NCBI GenBank assembly: GCA_964016885.1
Contig: OZ024764.1
Span: 21,390,001 to 21,454,000, forward strand
Direction of reading: 5' to 3'
Length of the DNA stretch: 64,000 nt
Source: Eledone cirrhosa
Lineage: Eukaryota
A program made the translations under genes and the position numbers. Shown in pieces: positions 39,101 to 54,100 of the stretch. Numbering within the stretch: the stretch's first letter is position 1; every line of letters starts with the position of its first letter. A model generated the notes under the pieces. That model searched no databases and was not told the DNA's origin. It was given only the letters and a program-made list of their open reading frames with translations.

Positions 39101-42100
39101 GTAATAACTACTTTTATCAGTCAGTATAATCTAATGTCACTAATAACTACTTTTATCAGTCAGTATAATCTAATGTCACTAATAACTACTTTTATCAGTC
39201 AGTTTAATCTAATGTCACTAATAACTACTTTTATCAGTCAGTTTAATCTAATGTCACTAATAACTACTTTTATCAGTCAGTATAATCGAATGTCACTAAT
39301 AACTACTTTTATCAATCAGTTTAATCTAATGTAATAACTACTTTTATCAGTCAGTATAATCTAATGTCACTAATAACTACTTGTATCAGTCAGTATAATC
39401 TAATGTCACTAATAACTACTTGTATCAGTCAGTATAATCTAATGTCACTAATAACTACTTTTATCAGTCAGTTTAATCTAATGTCACTAATAACTACTTT
39501 TATCAGTCAGTTTAATCTAATGTAATAACTACTTTTATCAGTCAGTATAATCTAATGTCACTAATAACTACTTTTATCAGTCAGTATAATCTAATGTCAC
39601 TAATAACTACTTTTATCAGTCAGTATAATCTAATGTCACTAATAACTACTTTTATCAGTCAGTATAATCTAATGTCACTAATAACTACTTTTATCAGTCA
39701 GTATAATCTAATGTCACTAATAACTACTTTTATCAGTCAGTATAATCTAATGTCACTAATAACTACTTTTATCAGTCAGTTTAATCTAATGTCACTAATA
39801 ACTACTTTTATCAGTCAGTTTAATCTAATGTCACTAATAACTACTTTTATCAGTCAGTTTAATCTAATGTCACTAATAACTACTTTTATCAGTCAGTTTA
39901 ATCTAATGTCACTAATAACTACTTTTATCAGTCAGTTTAATCTAATGTCACTAATAACTACTTTTATCAGTCAGTTTAATCTAATGTAATAACTACTTTT
40001 ATCAGTCAGTTTTAATCTAATGTCACTAATAACTACTTTTATCAGTCAGTTTAATCTAATGTAATAACTACTTTTATCAGTCAGTATAATCTAATGTCAC
40101 TAATAACTACTTTTATCAGTCAGTTTTAATCTAATGTCACTAATAACTACTTTTATCAGTCAGTTTAATCTAATGTCACTAATAACTACTTTTATCATTC
40201 AGTTTAATCTAATGTAATAACTACTTTTATCAGTCAGTTTTAATCTAATGTCACTAATAACTACTTTTATCAGTCAGTTTTAATCTAATGTCACTAATAA
40301 CTACTTTTATCAGTCAGTTTAATCTAATGTAATAACTACTTTTATCAGTCAGTATAATCTAATGTCACTAATAACTACTTTTATCAGTCAGTATAATCTA
40401 ATGTCACTAATAACTACTTTTATCAGTCAGTTTAATCTAATGTCACTAATAACTACTTTTATCAGTCAGTTTAATCTAATGTCACTAATAACTACTTTTA
40501 TCAGTCAGTATAATCGAATGTCACTAATAACTACTTTTATCAATCAGTTTAATCTAATGTAATAACTACTTTTATCAGTCAGTATAATCTAATGTCACTA
40601 ATAACTACTTGTATCAGTCAGTATAATCTAATGTCACTAATAACTACTTGTATCAGTCAGTATAATCTAATGTCACTAATAACTACTTTTATCAGTCAGT
40701 TTAATCTAATGTCACTAATAACTACTTTTATCAGTCAGTTTAATCTAATGTAATAACTACTTTTATCAGTCAGTATAATCTAATGTCACTAATAACTACT
40801 TTTATCAGTCAGTATAATCTAATGTCACTAATAACTACTTTTATCAGTCAGTATAATCTAATGTCACTAATAACTACTTTTATCAGTCAGTATAATCTAA
40901 TGTCACTAATAACTACTTTTATCAGTCAGTTTAATCTAATGTCACTAATAACTACTTTTATCAGTCAGTATAATCTAATGTCACTAATAACTACTTTTAT
41001 CAGTCAGTTTAATCTAATGTCACTAATAACTACTTTTATCAGTCAGTTTAATCTAATGTCACTAATAACTACTTTTATCAGTCAGTTTAATCTAATGTCA
41101 CTAATAACTACTTTTATCAGTCAGTTTAATCTAATGTCACTAATAACTACTTTTATCAGTCAGTTTAATCTAATGTCACTAATAACTACTTTTATCAGTC
41201 AGTTTAATCTAATGTAATAACTACTTTTATCAGTCAGTTTAATCTAATGTCACTAATAACTACTTTTATCAGTCAGTTTAATCTAATGTCACTAATAACT
41301 ACTTTTATCAGTCAGTTTAATCTAATGTCACTAATAACTACTTTTATCAGTCAGTTTAATCTAATGTCACTAATAACTACTTTTATCAGTCAGTTTAATC
41401 TAATGTCACTAATAACTACTTTTATCAGTCAGTTTAATCCAATGTCACTAATAACTACTTTTATCAGTCAGTTCAATCTAATGTCACTAATAACTACTTT
41501 TATCAGTCAGTTCAATCTAATGTCACTAATAACTACTTTTATCAGTCAGTTTAATCTAATGTCACTAATAACTACTTTTATCAGTCAGTATAATCTAATG
41601 TCACTAATAACTACTTTTATCAGTCAGTATAATCTAATGTCACTAATAACTACTTTTATCAGTCAGTTTAATCTAATGTAATAACTACTTTTATCCGTCA
41701 GTTTAATCTAATGTCACTAATAACTACTTTTATCAGTCAGTTTAATCTAATGTAATAACTACTTTTATCAGTCAGTATAATCTAATGTCACTAATAACTA
41801 CTTTTATCAGTCAGTATAATCTAATGTCACTAATAACTACTTTTATCAGTCAGTATAATCTAATGTCACTAATAACTACTTTTATCAGTCAGTATAATCT
41901 AATGTCACTAATAACTACTTTTATCAGTCAGTTTAATCTAATGTCACTAATAACTACTTTTATCAGTCAGTATAATCTAATGTCACTAATAACTACTTTT
42001 ATCAGTCAGTATAATCTAATGTCACTAATAACTACTTTTATCAGTCAGTATAATCTAATGTCACTAATAACAACTTTTATCAGTCAGTTTAATCTAATGT

Positions 42101-45100
42101 CACTAATAACTACTTTTATCAGTCAGTTTAATCTAATGTCACTAATAACTACTTTTATCAGTCAGTTTAATCTGTCACTAATAACTACTTTCATCAGTCA
42201 GTTTAATCTACTGCCACTAATAACTACTTTTATCAGTCAGTATAATCTAATGTCACTAATAACTACTTTTATCAGTCAGTTTAATCTGTCACTAATAACT
42301 ACTTTTATCAGTCAGTTTAATCTACTGCCACTAATAACTACTTTTATCAGTCAGTATAATCTAATGTCACTAATAACTACTTTTATCAGTCAGTATAATC
42401 TACTGTCACTAACTACTTTTATCAGTCAGTTTAATCTAATGTCACTAATAACTACTTTTATCGGTCAGTTTAATCTAATGTAATAACTACTTTTATCAGT
42501 CAGTTTAATCTAATGTCACTAATAACTACTTTTATCAGTCAGTTTAATCTAATGTCACTAATAACTACTTTTATCAGTCAGTTTAATCTAATGTAATAAC
42601 TACTTTTATCAGTCAGTTTAATCTAATGTAATAACTACTTTTATCAGTCAGTTTAATCTAATGTCACTAATAACTACTTTTATCAGTCAGTTTAATCTAA
42701 TGTAATAACTACTTTTATCAGTCAGTTTTAATCTAATGTCACTAATAACTACTTTTATCAGTCAGTTTAATCTAATGTCACTAATAACTACTTTTATCAA
42801 TCAGTTTAATCTAATGTCACTAATAACTACTTTTATCAGTCAGTTTAATCTAATGTAATAACTACTTTTATCAGTCAGTTTAATCTAATGTCACTAATAA
42901 CTACTTTTATCAGTCAGTTTAATCTAATGTCACTAATAACTACTTTTATCAGTCAGTTTAATCTAATGTCACTAATAACTACTTTTATCAGTCAGTTTAA
43001 TCTAATGTCACTAATAACTACTTTTATCAGTCAGTTTAATCTAATGTCACTAATAACTACTTTTATCAGTCAGTTTAATCTAATGTCACTAATAACTACT
43101 TTTATCAGTCAGTATAATCTAATGTCACTAATAACTACTTTTATCAGTCAGTTTAATCTAATGTCACTAATAACTACTTTTATCAGTCAGTTTAATCTAA
43201 TGTAATAACTACTTTTATCAGTCAGTTTTAATCTAATGTCACTAATAACTACTTTTATCAGTCAGTTTAATCTAATGTCACTAATAACTACTTTTATCAA
43301 TCAGTTTAATCTAATGTCACTAATAACTACTTTTATCAGTCAGTTTAATCTAATGTCACTAATAACTACTTTTATCAGTCAGTTTAATCTAATGTCACTA
43401 ATAACTACTTTTATCAGTCAGTTTTAATCTAATGTCACTAATAACTACTTTTATCAGTCAGTTTAATCTAATGTAATAACTACTTTTATCAGTCAGTATA
43501 ATCTAATGTCACTAATAACTACTTTTATCAGTCAGTTTTAATCTAATGTCACTAATAACTACTTTTATCATTCAGTTTAATCTAATGTCACTAATAACTA
43601 CTTTTATCAGTCAGTTTAATCTAATGTAATAACTACTTTTATCAGTCAGTTTTAATCTAATGTCACTAATAACTACTTTTATCAGTCAGTTTAATCTAAT
43701 GTAATAACTACTTTTATCAGTCAGTATAATCTAATGTCACTAATAACTACTTTTATCAGTCAGTATAATCTAATGTCACTAATAACTACTTTTATCAGTC
43801 AGTTTAATCTAATGTCACTAATAACTACTTTTATCAGTCAGTTTAATCTAATGTCACTAATAACTACTTTTATCAGTCAGTATAATCGAATGTCACTAAT
43901 AACTACTTTTATCAGTCAGTTTAATCTAATGTAATAACTACTTTTATCAGTCAGTATAATCTAATGTCACTAATAACTACTTGTATCAGTCAGTATAATC
44001 TAATGTCACTAATAACTACTTGTATCAGTCAGTATAATCTAATGTCACTAATAACTACTTTTATCAGTCAGTTTAATCTAATGTCACTAATAACTACTTT
44101 TATCAGTCAGTATAATCGAATGTCACTAATAACTACTTTTATCAGTCAGTTTAATCTAATGTAATAACTACTTTTATCAGTCAGTATAATCTAATGTCAC
44201 TAATAACTAATTTTATCAGTCAGTATAATCTAATGTCACTAATAGCTACTTTTATCAGTCAGTATAATCTAATGTCACTAATAACTACTTTTATCAGTCA
44301 GTATAATCGAATGTCACTAATAACTACTTTTATCAGTCAGTATAATCTAATGTCACTAATAACTACTTTTATCAGTCAGTTTAATCTAATGTCACTAATA
44401 ACTACTTTTATCAGTCAGTATAATCGAATGTCACTAATAACTACTTTTATCAGTCAGTTTAATCTAATGTAATAACTACTTTTATCAGTCAGTATAATCT
44501 AATGTCACTAATAACTACTTTTATCAGTCAGTATAATCTAATGTCACTAATAGCTACTTTTATCAGTCAGTATAATCTAATGTCACTAATAACTACTTTT
44601 ATCAGTCAGTATAATCGAATGTCACTAATAACTACTTTTATCAGTCAGTATAATCTAATGTCACTAATAACTACTTTTATCAGTCAGTTTAATCTAATGT
44701 CACTAATAACTACTTTTATCAGTCAGTATAATCTAATGTCACTAATAACTACTTTTATCAGTCAGTTTAATCTAATGTCACTAATAACTACTTTTATCAG
44801 TCAGTTTAATCTAATGTCACTAATAACTACTTTTATCAGTCAGTTTAATCTAATGTCACTAATAACTACTTTTATCAGTCAGTTTAATCTAATGTCACTA
44901 ATAACTACTTTTATCAGTCAGTTTAATCTAATGTCACTAATAACTACTTTTATCAGTCAGTTTAATCTAATGTAATAACTACTTTTATCAGTCAGTTTAA
45001 TCTAATGTCACTAATAACTACTTTTATCAGTCAGTTTAATCTAATGTCACTAATAACTACTTTTATCAGTCAGTTTAATCTAATGTCACTAATAACTACT

Positions 45101-48100
45101 TTTATCAGTCAGTTTAATCTAATGTAATAACTACTTTTATCAGTCAGTTTAATCTAATGTCGCTAATAACTACTTTTATCAGTCAGTTTAAACTAATGTC
45201 ACTAATAACTACTTTTATCAGTCAGTTTAATCTAATGTCACTAATAACTACTTTTATCAGTCAGTTTAATCTAATGTCACTAATAACTACTTTTATCAGT
45301 CAGTTCAATCTAATGTCACTAATAACTACTTTTATCAGTCAGTTCAATCTAATGTCACTAATAACTACTTTTATCAGTCAGTTTAATCTAATGTCACTAA
45401 TAACTACTTTTATCAGTCAGTTTAATCTAATGTCACTAATAACTACTTTTATCAGTCAGTTTAATCTAATGTCACTAATAACTACTTTTATCAGTCAGTT
45501 CAATCTAATGTCACTAATAACTACTTTTATCAGTCAGTTTAATCTAATGTCACTAATAACTACTTTTATCAGTCAGTTTAATCTAATGTCACTAATAACT
45601 ACTTTTATCAGTCAGTTTAATCTAATGTCACTAATAACTACTTTTATCAGTCAGTTCAATCTAATGTCACTAATAACTACTTTTATCAGTCAGTTTAATC
45701 TAATGTCACTAATAACTACTTTTATCAGTCAGTATAATCTAATGTCACTAATAACTACTTTTATCAGTCAGTTTAATCTAATGTCACTAATAACTACTTT
45801 TATCAGTCAGTTCAATCTAATGTCACTAATAACTACTTTTATCAGTCAGTTTAATCTAATGTCACTAATAACTACTTTTATCAGTCAGTTTAATCTAATG
45901 TCACTAATAACTACTTTTATCAGTCAGTTCAATCTAATGTCACTAATAACTACTTTTATCAGTCAGTTTAATCTAATGTCACTAATAACTACTTTTATCA
46001 GTCAGTATAATCTAATGTCACTAATAACTACTTTTATCAGTCAGTATAATCTAATGTCACTAATAACTACTTGTATCAGTCAGTATAATCTAATGTCACT
46101 AATAACTACTTTTATCAGTCAGTTTAATCTAATGTCACTAATAACTACTTTTATCAGTCAGTATAATCGAATGTCACTAATAACTACTTTTATCAGTCAG
46201 TTTAATCTAATGTAATAACTACTTTTATCAGTCAGTATAATCTAATGTCACTAATAACTAATTTTATCAGTCAGTATAATCTAATGTCACTAATAGCTAC
46301 TTTTATCAGTCAGTATAATCTAATGTCACTAATAACTACTTTTATCAGTCAGTATAATCGAATGTCACTAATAACTACTTTTATCAGTCAGTATAATCTA
46401 ATGTCACTAATAACTACTTTTATCAGTCAGTTTAATCTAATGTCACTAATAACTACTTTTATCAGTCAGTATAATCGAATGTCACTAATAACTACTTTTA
46501 TCAGTCAGTTTAATCTAATGTAATAACTACTTTTATCAGTCAGTATAATCTAATGTCACTAATAACTACTTTTATCAGTCAGTATAATCTAATGTCACTA
46601 ATAGCTACTTTTATCAGTCAGTATAATCTAATGTCACTAATAACTACTTTTATCAGTCAGTATAATCGAATGTCACTAATAACTACTTTTATCAGTCAGT
46701 ATAATCTAATGTCACTAATAACTACTTTTATCAGTCAGTTTAATCTAATGTCACTAATAACTACTTTTATCAGTCAGTATAATCTAATGTCACTAATAAC
46801 TACTTTTATCAGTCAGTTTAATCTAATGTCACTAATAACTACTTTTATCAGTCAGTTTAATCTAATGTCACTAATAACTACTTTTATCAGTCAGTTTAAT
46901 CTAATGTCACTAATAACTACTTTTATCAGTCAGTTTAATCTAATGTCACTAATAACTACTTTTATCAGTCAGTTTAATCTAATGTCACTAATAACTACTT
47001 TTATCAGTCAGTTTAATCTAATGTAATAACTACTTTTATCAGTCAGTTTAATCTAATGTCACTAATAACTACTTTTATCAGTCAGTTTAATCTAATGTCA
47101 CTAATAACTACTTTTATCAGTCAGTTTAATCTAATGTCACTAATAACTACTTTTATCAGTCAGTTTAATCTAATGTAATAACTACTTTTATCAGTCAGTT
47201 TAATCTAATGTCGCTAATAACTACTTTTATCAGTCAGTTTAAACTAATGTCACTAATAACTACTTTTATCAGTCAGTTTAATCTAATGTCACTAATAACT
47301 ACTTTTATCAGTCAGTTTAATCTAATGTCACTAATAACTACTTTTATCAGTCAGTTCAATCTAATGTCACTAATAACTACTTTTATCAGTCAGTTCAATC
47401 TAATGTCACTAATAACTACTTTTATCAGTCAGTTTAATCTAATGTCACTAATAACTACTTTTATCAGTCAGTTTAATCTAATGTCACTAATAACTACTTT
47501 TATCAGTCAGTTTAATCTAATGTCACTAATAACTACTTTTATCAGTCAGTTCAATCTAATGTCACTAATAACTACTTTTATCAGTCAGTTTAATCTAATG
47601 TCACTAATAACTACTTTTATCAGTCAGTTTAATCTAATGTCACTAATAACTACTTTTATCAGTCAGTTTAATCTAATGTCACTAATAACTACTTTTATCA
47701 GTCAGTTCAATCTAATGTCACTAATAACTACTTTTATCAGTCAGTTTAATCTAATGTCACTAATAACTACTTTTATCAGTCAGTATAATCTAATGTCACT
47801 AATAACTACTTTTATCAGTCAGTTTAATCTAATGTCACTAATAACTACTTTTATCAGTCAGTTCAATCTAATGTCACTAATAACTACTTTTATCAGTCAG
47901 TTTAATCTAATGTCACTAATAACTACTTTTATCAGTCAGTTTAATCTAATGTCACTAATAACTACTTTTATCAGTCAGTTCAATCTAATGTCACTAATAA
48001 CTACTTTTATCAGTCAGTTTAATCTAATGTCACTAATAACTACTTTTATCAGTCAGTATAATCTAATGTCACTAATAACTACTTTTATCAGTCAGTTTAA

Positions 48101-51100
48101 TCTAATGTCACTAATAACTACTTTTATCAGTCAGTTCAATCTAATGTCACTAATAACTACTTTTATCAGTCAGTTTAATCTAATGTCACTAATAACTACT
48201 TTTATCAGTCAGTTTAATCTAATGTCACTAATAACTACTTTTATCAGTCAGTTTAATCTAATGTAATAACTACTTTTATCAGTCAGTATAATCTAATGTC
48301 ACTAATAACTACTTTTATCAGTCAGTATAATCTAATGTCACTAATAACTACTTTTATCAGTCAGTATAATCTAATGTCACTAATAACTACTTTTATCAGT
48401 CAGTATAATCTAATGTCACTAATAACTACTTTTATCAGTCAGTATAATCTACTGCCACTAATAACTACTTTTATCAGTCAGTTTAATCTAATGTCACTAA
48501 TAACTACTTTTATCAGTCAGTATAATCTAATGTCACTAATAACTACTTTTATCAGTCAGTTTAATCTGTCACTAATAACTACTTTTATCAGTCAGTTTAA
48601 TCTAATGTCACTAATAACTACTTTTATCAGTCAGTTTAATCTAATGTCACTAATAACTACTTTCATCAGTCAGTTTAATCTACTGCCACTAATAACTACT
48701 TTTATCAGTCAGTATAATCTAATGTCACTAATAACTACTTTTATCAATCAGTTTAATCTAATGTCACTAATAACTACTTTTATCAGTCAGTTTAATCTAA
48801 TGTAATAACTACTTTTATCAGTCAGTTTAATCTAATGTCACTAATAACTACTTTTATCAGTCAGTTTAATCTAATGTCACTAATAACTACTTTTATCAGT
48901 CAGTTTAATCTAATGTCACTAATAACTACTTTTATCAGTCAGTTTAATCTAATGTCACTAATAACTACTTTTATCAGTCAGTTTAATCTAATGTCACTAA
49001 TAACTACTTTTATCAGTCAGTTTAATCTAATGTCACTAATAACTACTTTTATCAGTCAGTATAATCTAATGTCACTAATAACTACTTTTATCAGTCAGTT
49101 TAATCTAATGTCACTAATAACTACTTTTATCAGTCAGTTTAATCTAATGTAATAACTACTTTTATCAGTCAGTTTTAATCTAATGTCACTAATAACTACT
49201 TTTATCAGTCAGTTTAATCTAATGTCACTAATAACTACTTTTATCAATCAGTTTAATCTAATGTCACTAATAACTACTTTTATCAGTCAGTTTAATCTAA
49301 TGTCACTAATAACTACTTTTATCAGTCAGTTTAATCTAATGTCACTAATAACTACTTTTATCAGTCAGTTTAATCTAATGTAATAACTACTTTTATCAGT
49401 CAGTTTTAATCTAATGTCACTAATAACTACTTTTATCAGTCAGTTTAATCTAATGTAATAACTACTTTTATCAGTCAGTATAATCTAATGTCACTAATAA
49501 CTACTTTTATCAGTCAGTTTTAATCTAATGTCACTAATAACTACTTTTATCATTCAGTTTAATCTAATGTCACTAATAACTACTTTTATCAGTCAGTTTA
49601 ATCTAATGTAATAACTACTTTTATCAGTCAGTTTTAATCTAATGTCACTAATAACTACTTTTATCAGTCAGTTTAATCTAATGTAATAACTACTTTTATC
49701 AGTCAGTATAATCTAATGTCACTAATAACTACTTTTATCAGTCAGTATAATCTAATGTCACTAATAACTACTTTTATCAGTCAGTTTAATCTAATGTCAC
49801 TAATAACTACTTTTATCAGTCAGTTTAATCTAATGTCACTAATAACTACTTTTATCAGTCCGTATAATCGAATGTCACTAATAACTACTTGTATCAGTCA
49901 GTATAATCTAATGTCACTAATAACTACTTGTATCAGTCAGTATAATCTAATGTCACTAATAACTACTTTTATCAGTCAGTATAATCTAATGTCACTAATA
50001 ACTACTTTTATCAGTCAGTATAATCGAATGTCACTAATAACTACTTTTATCAGTCAGTTTAATCTAATGTAATAACTACTTTTATCAGTCAGTATAATCT
50101 AATGTCACTAATAACTACTTTTATCAGTCAGTATAATCTAATGTCACTAATAGCTACTTTTATCAGTCAGTATAATCTAATGTCACTAATAACTACTTTT
50201 ATCAGTCAGTATAATCGAATGTCACTAATAACTACTTTTATCAGTCAGTATAATCTAATGTCACTAATAACTACTTTTATCAGTCAGTTTAATCTAATGT
50301 CACTAATAACTACTTTTATCAGTCAGTATAATCTAATGTCACTAATAACTACTTTTATCAGTCAGTTTAATCTAATGTCACTAATAACTACTTTTATCAG
50401 TCAGTTTAATCTAATGTCACTAATAACTACTTTTATCAGTCAGTTTAATCTAATGTCACTAATAACTACTTTTATCAGTCAGTTTAATCTAATGTCACTA
50501 ATAACTACTTTTATCAGTCAGTTTAATCTAATGTCACTAATAACTACTTTTATCAGTCAGTTTAATCTAATGTAATAACTACTTTTATCAGTCAGTTTAA
50601 TCTAATGTCACTAATAACTACTTTTATCAGTCAGTTTAATCTAATGTCACTAATAACTACTTTTATCAGTCAGTTTAATCTAATGTCACTAATAACTACT
50701 TTTATCAGTCAGTTTAATCTAATGTCACTAATAACTACTTTTATCAGTCAGTTTAATCTAATGTCACTAATAACTACTTTTATCAGTCAGTTCAATCTAA
50801 TGTCACTAATAACTACTTTTATCAGTCAGTTTAATCTAATGTCACTAATAACTACTTTTATCAGTCAGTTTAATCTAATGTCACTAATAACTACTTTTAT
50901 CAGTCAGTTTAATCTAATGTCACTAATAACTACTTTTATCAGTCAGTTTAATCTAATGTCACTAATAACTACTTTTATCAGTCAGTTTAATCTAATGTCA
51001 CTAATAACTACTTTTATCAGTCAGTTTAATCTAATGTCACTAATAACTACTTTTATCAGTCAGTTTAATCTAATGTCACTAATAACTACTTTTATCAGTC

Positions 51101-54100
51101 AGTTTAATCTAATGTCACTAATAACTACTTTTATCAGTCAGTTTAATCTAATGTCACTAATAACTACTTTTATCAGTCAGTTTAATCTAATGTCACTAAT
51201 AACTACTTTTATCAGTCAGTTTAATCTAATGTCACTAATAACTACTTTTATCAGTCAGTTCAATCTAATGTCACTAATAACTACTTTTATCAGTCAGTTT
51301 AATCTAATGTCACTAATAACTACTTTTATCAGTCAGTTTAATCTAATGTCACTAATAACTACTTTTATCAGTCAGTTTAATCTAATGTCACTAATAACTA
51401 CTTTTATCAGTCAGTTTAATCTAATGTCACTAATAACTACTTTTATCAGTCAGTTTAATCTAATGTCACTAATAACTACTTTTATCAGTCAGTTTAATCT
51501 AATGTCACTAATAACTACTTTTATCAGTCAGTTTAATCTAATGTCACTAATAACTACTTTTATCAGTCAGTTTAATCTAATGTCACTAATAACTACTTTT
51601 ATCAGTCAGTTTAATCTAATGTCACTAATAACTACTTTTATCAGTCAGTTCAATCTAATGTCACTAATAACTACTTTTATCAGTCAGTTTAATCTAATGT
51701 CACTAATAACTACTTTTATCAGTCAGTTTAATCTAATGTAATAACTACTTTTATCAGTCAGTTTAATCTAATGTCACTAATAACTACTTTTATCAGTCAG
51801 TTTAATCTAATGTAATAACTACTTTTATCAGTCAGTATAATCTAATGTCACTAATAACTACTTTTATCAGTCAGTTTAATCTAATGTCACTAATAACTAC
51901 TTTTATCAGTCAGTATAATCTACTGCCACTAATAACTACTTTTATCAGTCAGTTTAATCTAATGTCACTAATAACTACTTTTATCAGTCAGTATAATCTA
52001 ATGTCACTAATAACTACTTTTATCAGTCAGTTTAATCTGTCACTAATAACTACTTTTATCAGTCAGTTTAATCTAATGTCACTAATAACTACTTTTATCA
52101 GTCAGTTTAATCTAATGTCACTAATAACTACTTTCATCAGTCAGTTTAATCTACTGCCACTAATAACTACTTTTATCAGTCAGTATAATCTAATGTCACT
52201 AATAACTACGTTTATCAGTCAGTTTAATCTACTGCCACTAATAACTACTTTTATCAGTCAGTATAATCTAATGTCACTAATAACTACTTTTATCAGTCAG
52301 TTTAATCTACTGCCACTAATAACTACTTTTATCAGTCAGTATAATCTAATGTCACTAATAACTACTTTTATCAGTCAGTATAATCTACTGCCACTAACTA
52401 CTTTTATCAGTCAGTTTAATCTAATGTCACTAATAACTACTTTTATCGGTCAGTTTAATCTAATGTAATAACTACTGTTATCAGTCAGTTTAATCTAATG
52501 TCACTAATAACTACTTTTATCAGTCAGTTTAATCTAATGTCACTAATAACTACTTTTATCAGTCAGTTCAATCTAATGTCACTAATAACTACTTTTATCA
52601 GTCAGTTTAATCTAATGTCACTAATAACTACTTTTATCAGTCAGTTTAATCTAATGTCACTAATAACTACTTTTATCAGTCAGTTTAATCTAATGTCACT
52701 AATAACTACTTTTATCAGTCAGTTCAATCTAATGTCACTAATAACTACTTTTATCAGTCAGTTCAATCTAATGTCACTAATAACTACTTTTATCAGTCAG
52801 TATAATCTAATGTCACTAATAACTACTTTTATCAGTCAGTTTAATCTAATGTAATAACTACTTTTATCAGTCAGTTTAATCTAATGTCACTAATAACTAC
52901 TTTTATCAGTCAGTTTAATCTAATGTAATAACTACTTTTATCAGTCAGTATAATCTAATGTCACTAATAACTACTTTTATCAGTCAGTATAATCTAATGT
53001 CACTAATAACTACTTTTATCAGTCAGTATAATCTAATGTCACTAATAACTACTTTTATCAGTCAGTATAATCTAATGTCACTAATAACTACTTTTATCAG
53101 TCAGTTTAATCTAATGTCACTAATAACTACTTTTATCAGTCAGTATAATCTACTGCCACTAATAACTACTTTTATCAGTCAGTTTAATCTAATGTCACTA
53201 ATAACTACTTTTATCAGTCAGTATAATCTAATGTCACTAATAACTACTTTTATCAGTCAGTTTAATCTAATGTCACTAATAACTACTTTTATCAGTCAGT
53301 ATAATCTACTGCCACTAATAACTACTTTTATCAGTCAGTTTAATCTAATGTCACTAATAACTACTTTTATCAGTCAGTTTAATCTAATGTCACTAATAAC
53401 TACTTTTATCAGTCAGTTTAATCTAATGTCACTAATAACTACTTTTATCAGTCAGTTTAATCTAATGTCACTAATAACTACTTTCATCAGTCAGTTTAAT
53501 CTACTGCCACTAATAACTACTTTTATCAGTCAGTATAATCTAATGTCACTAATAACTACTTTTATCAGTCAGTTTAATCTAATGTCACTAATAACTACTT
53601 TTATCAGTCAGTTTAATCTAATGTCACTAATAACTACTTTTATCAGTCAGTTTAATCTAATGTCACTAATAACTACTTTTATCAGTCAGTTTAATCTAAT
53701 GTCACTAATAACTACTTTTATCAGTCAGTTTAATCTAATGTCACTAATAACTACTTTTATCAGTCAGTTTAATCTAATGTCACTAATAACTACTTTTATC
53801 AGTCAGTATAATCTAATGTCACTAATAACTACTTTTATCAGTCAGTATAATCTAATGTCACTAATAACTACTTTTATCAGTCAGTTTAATCTAATGTAAT
53901 AACTACTTTTATCAGTCAGTTTTAATCTAATGTCACTAATAACTACTTTTATCAGTCAGTTTAATCTAATGTCACTAATAACTACTTTTATCAATCAGTT
54001 TAATCTAATGTCACTAATAACTACTTTTATCAGTCAGTTTAATCTAATGTCACTAATAACTACTTTTATCAGTCAGTTTAATCTAATGTCACTAATAACT

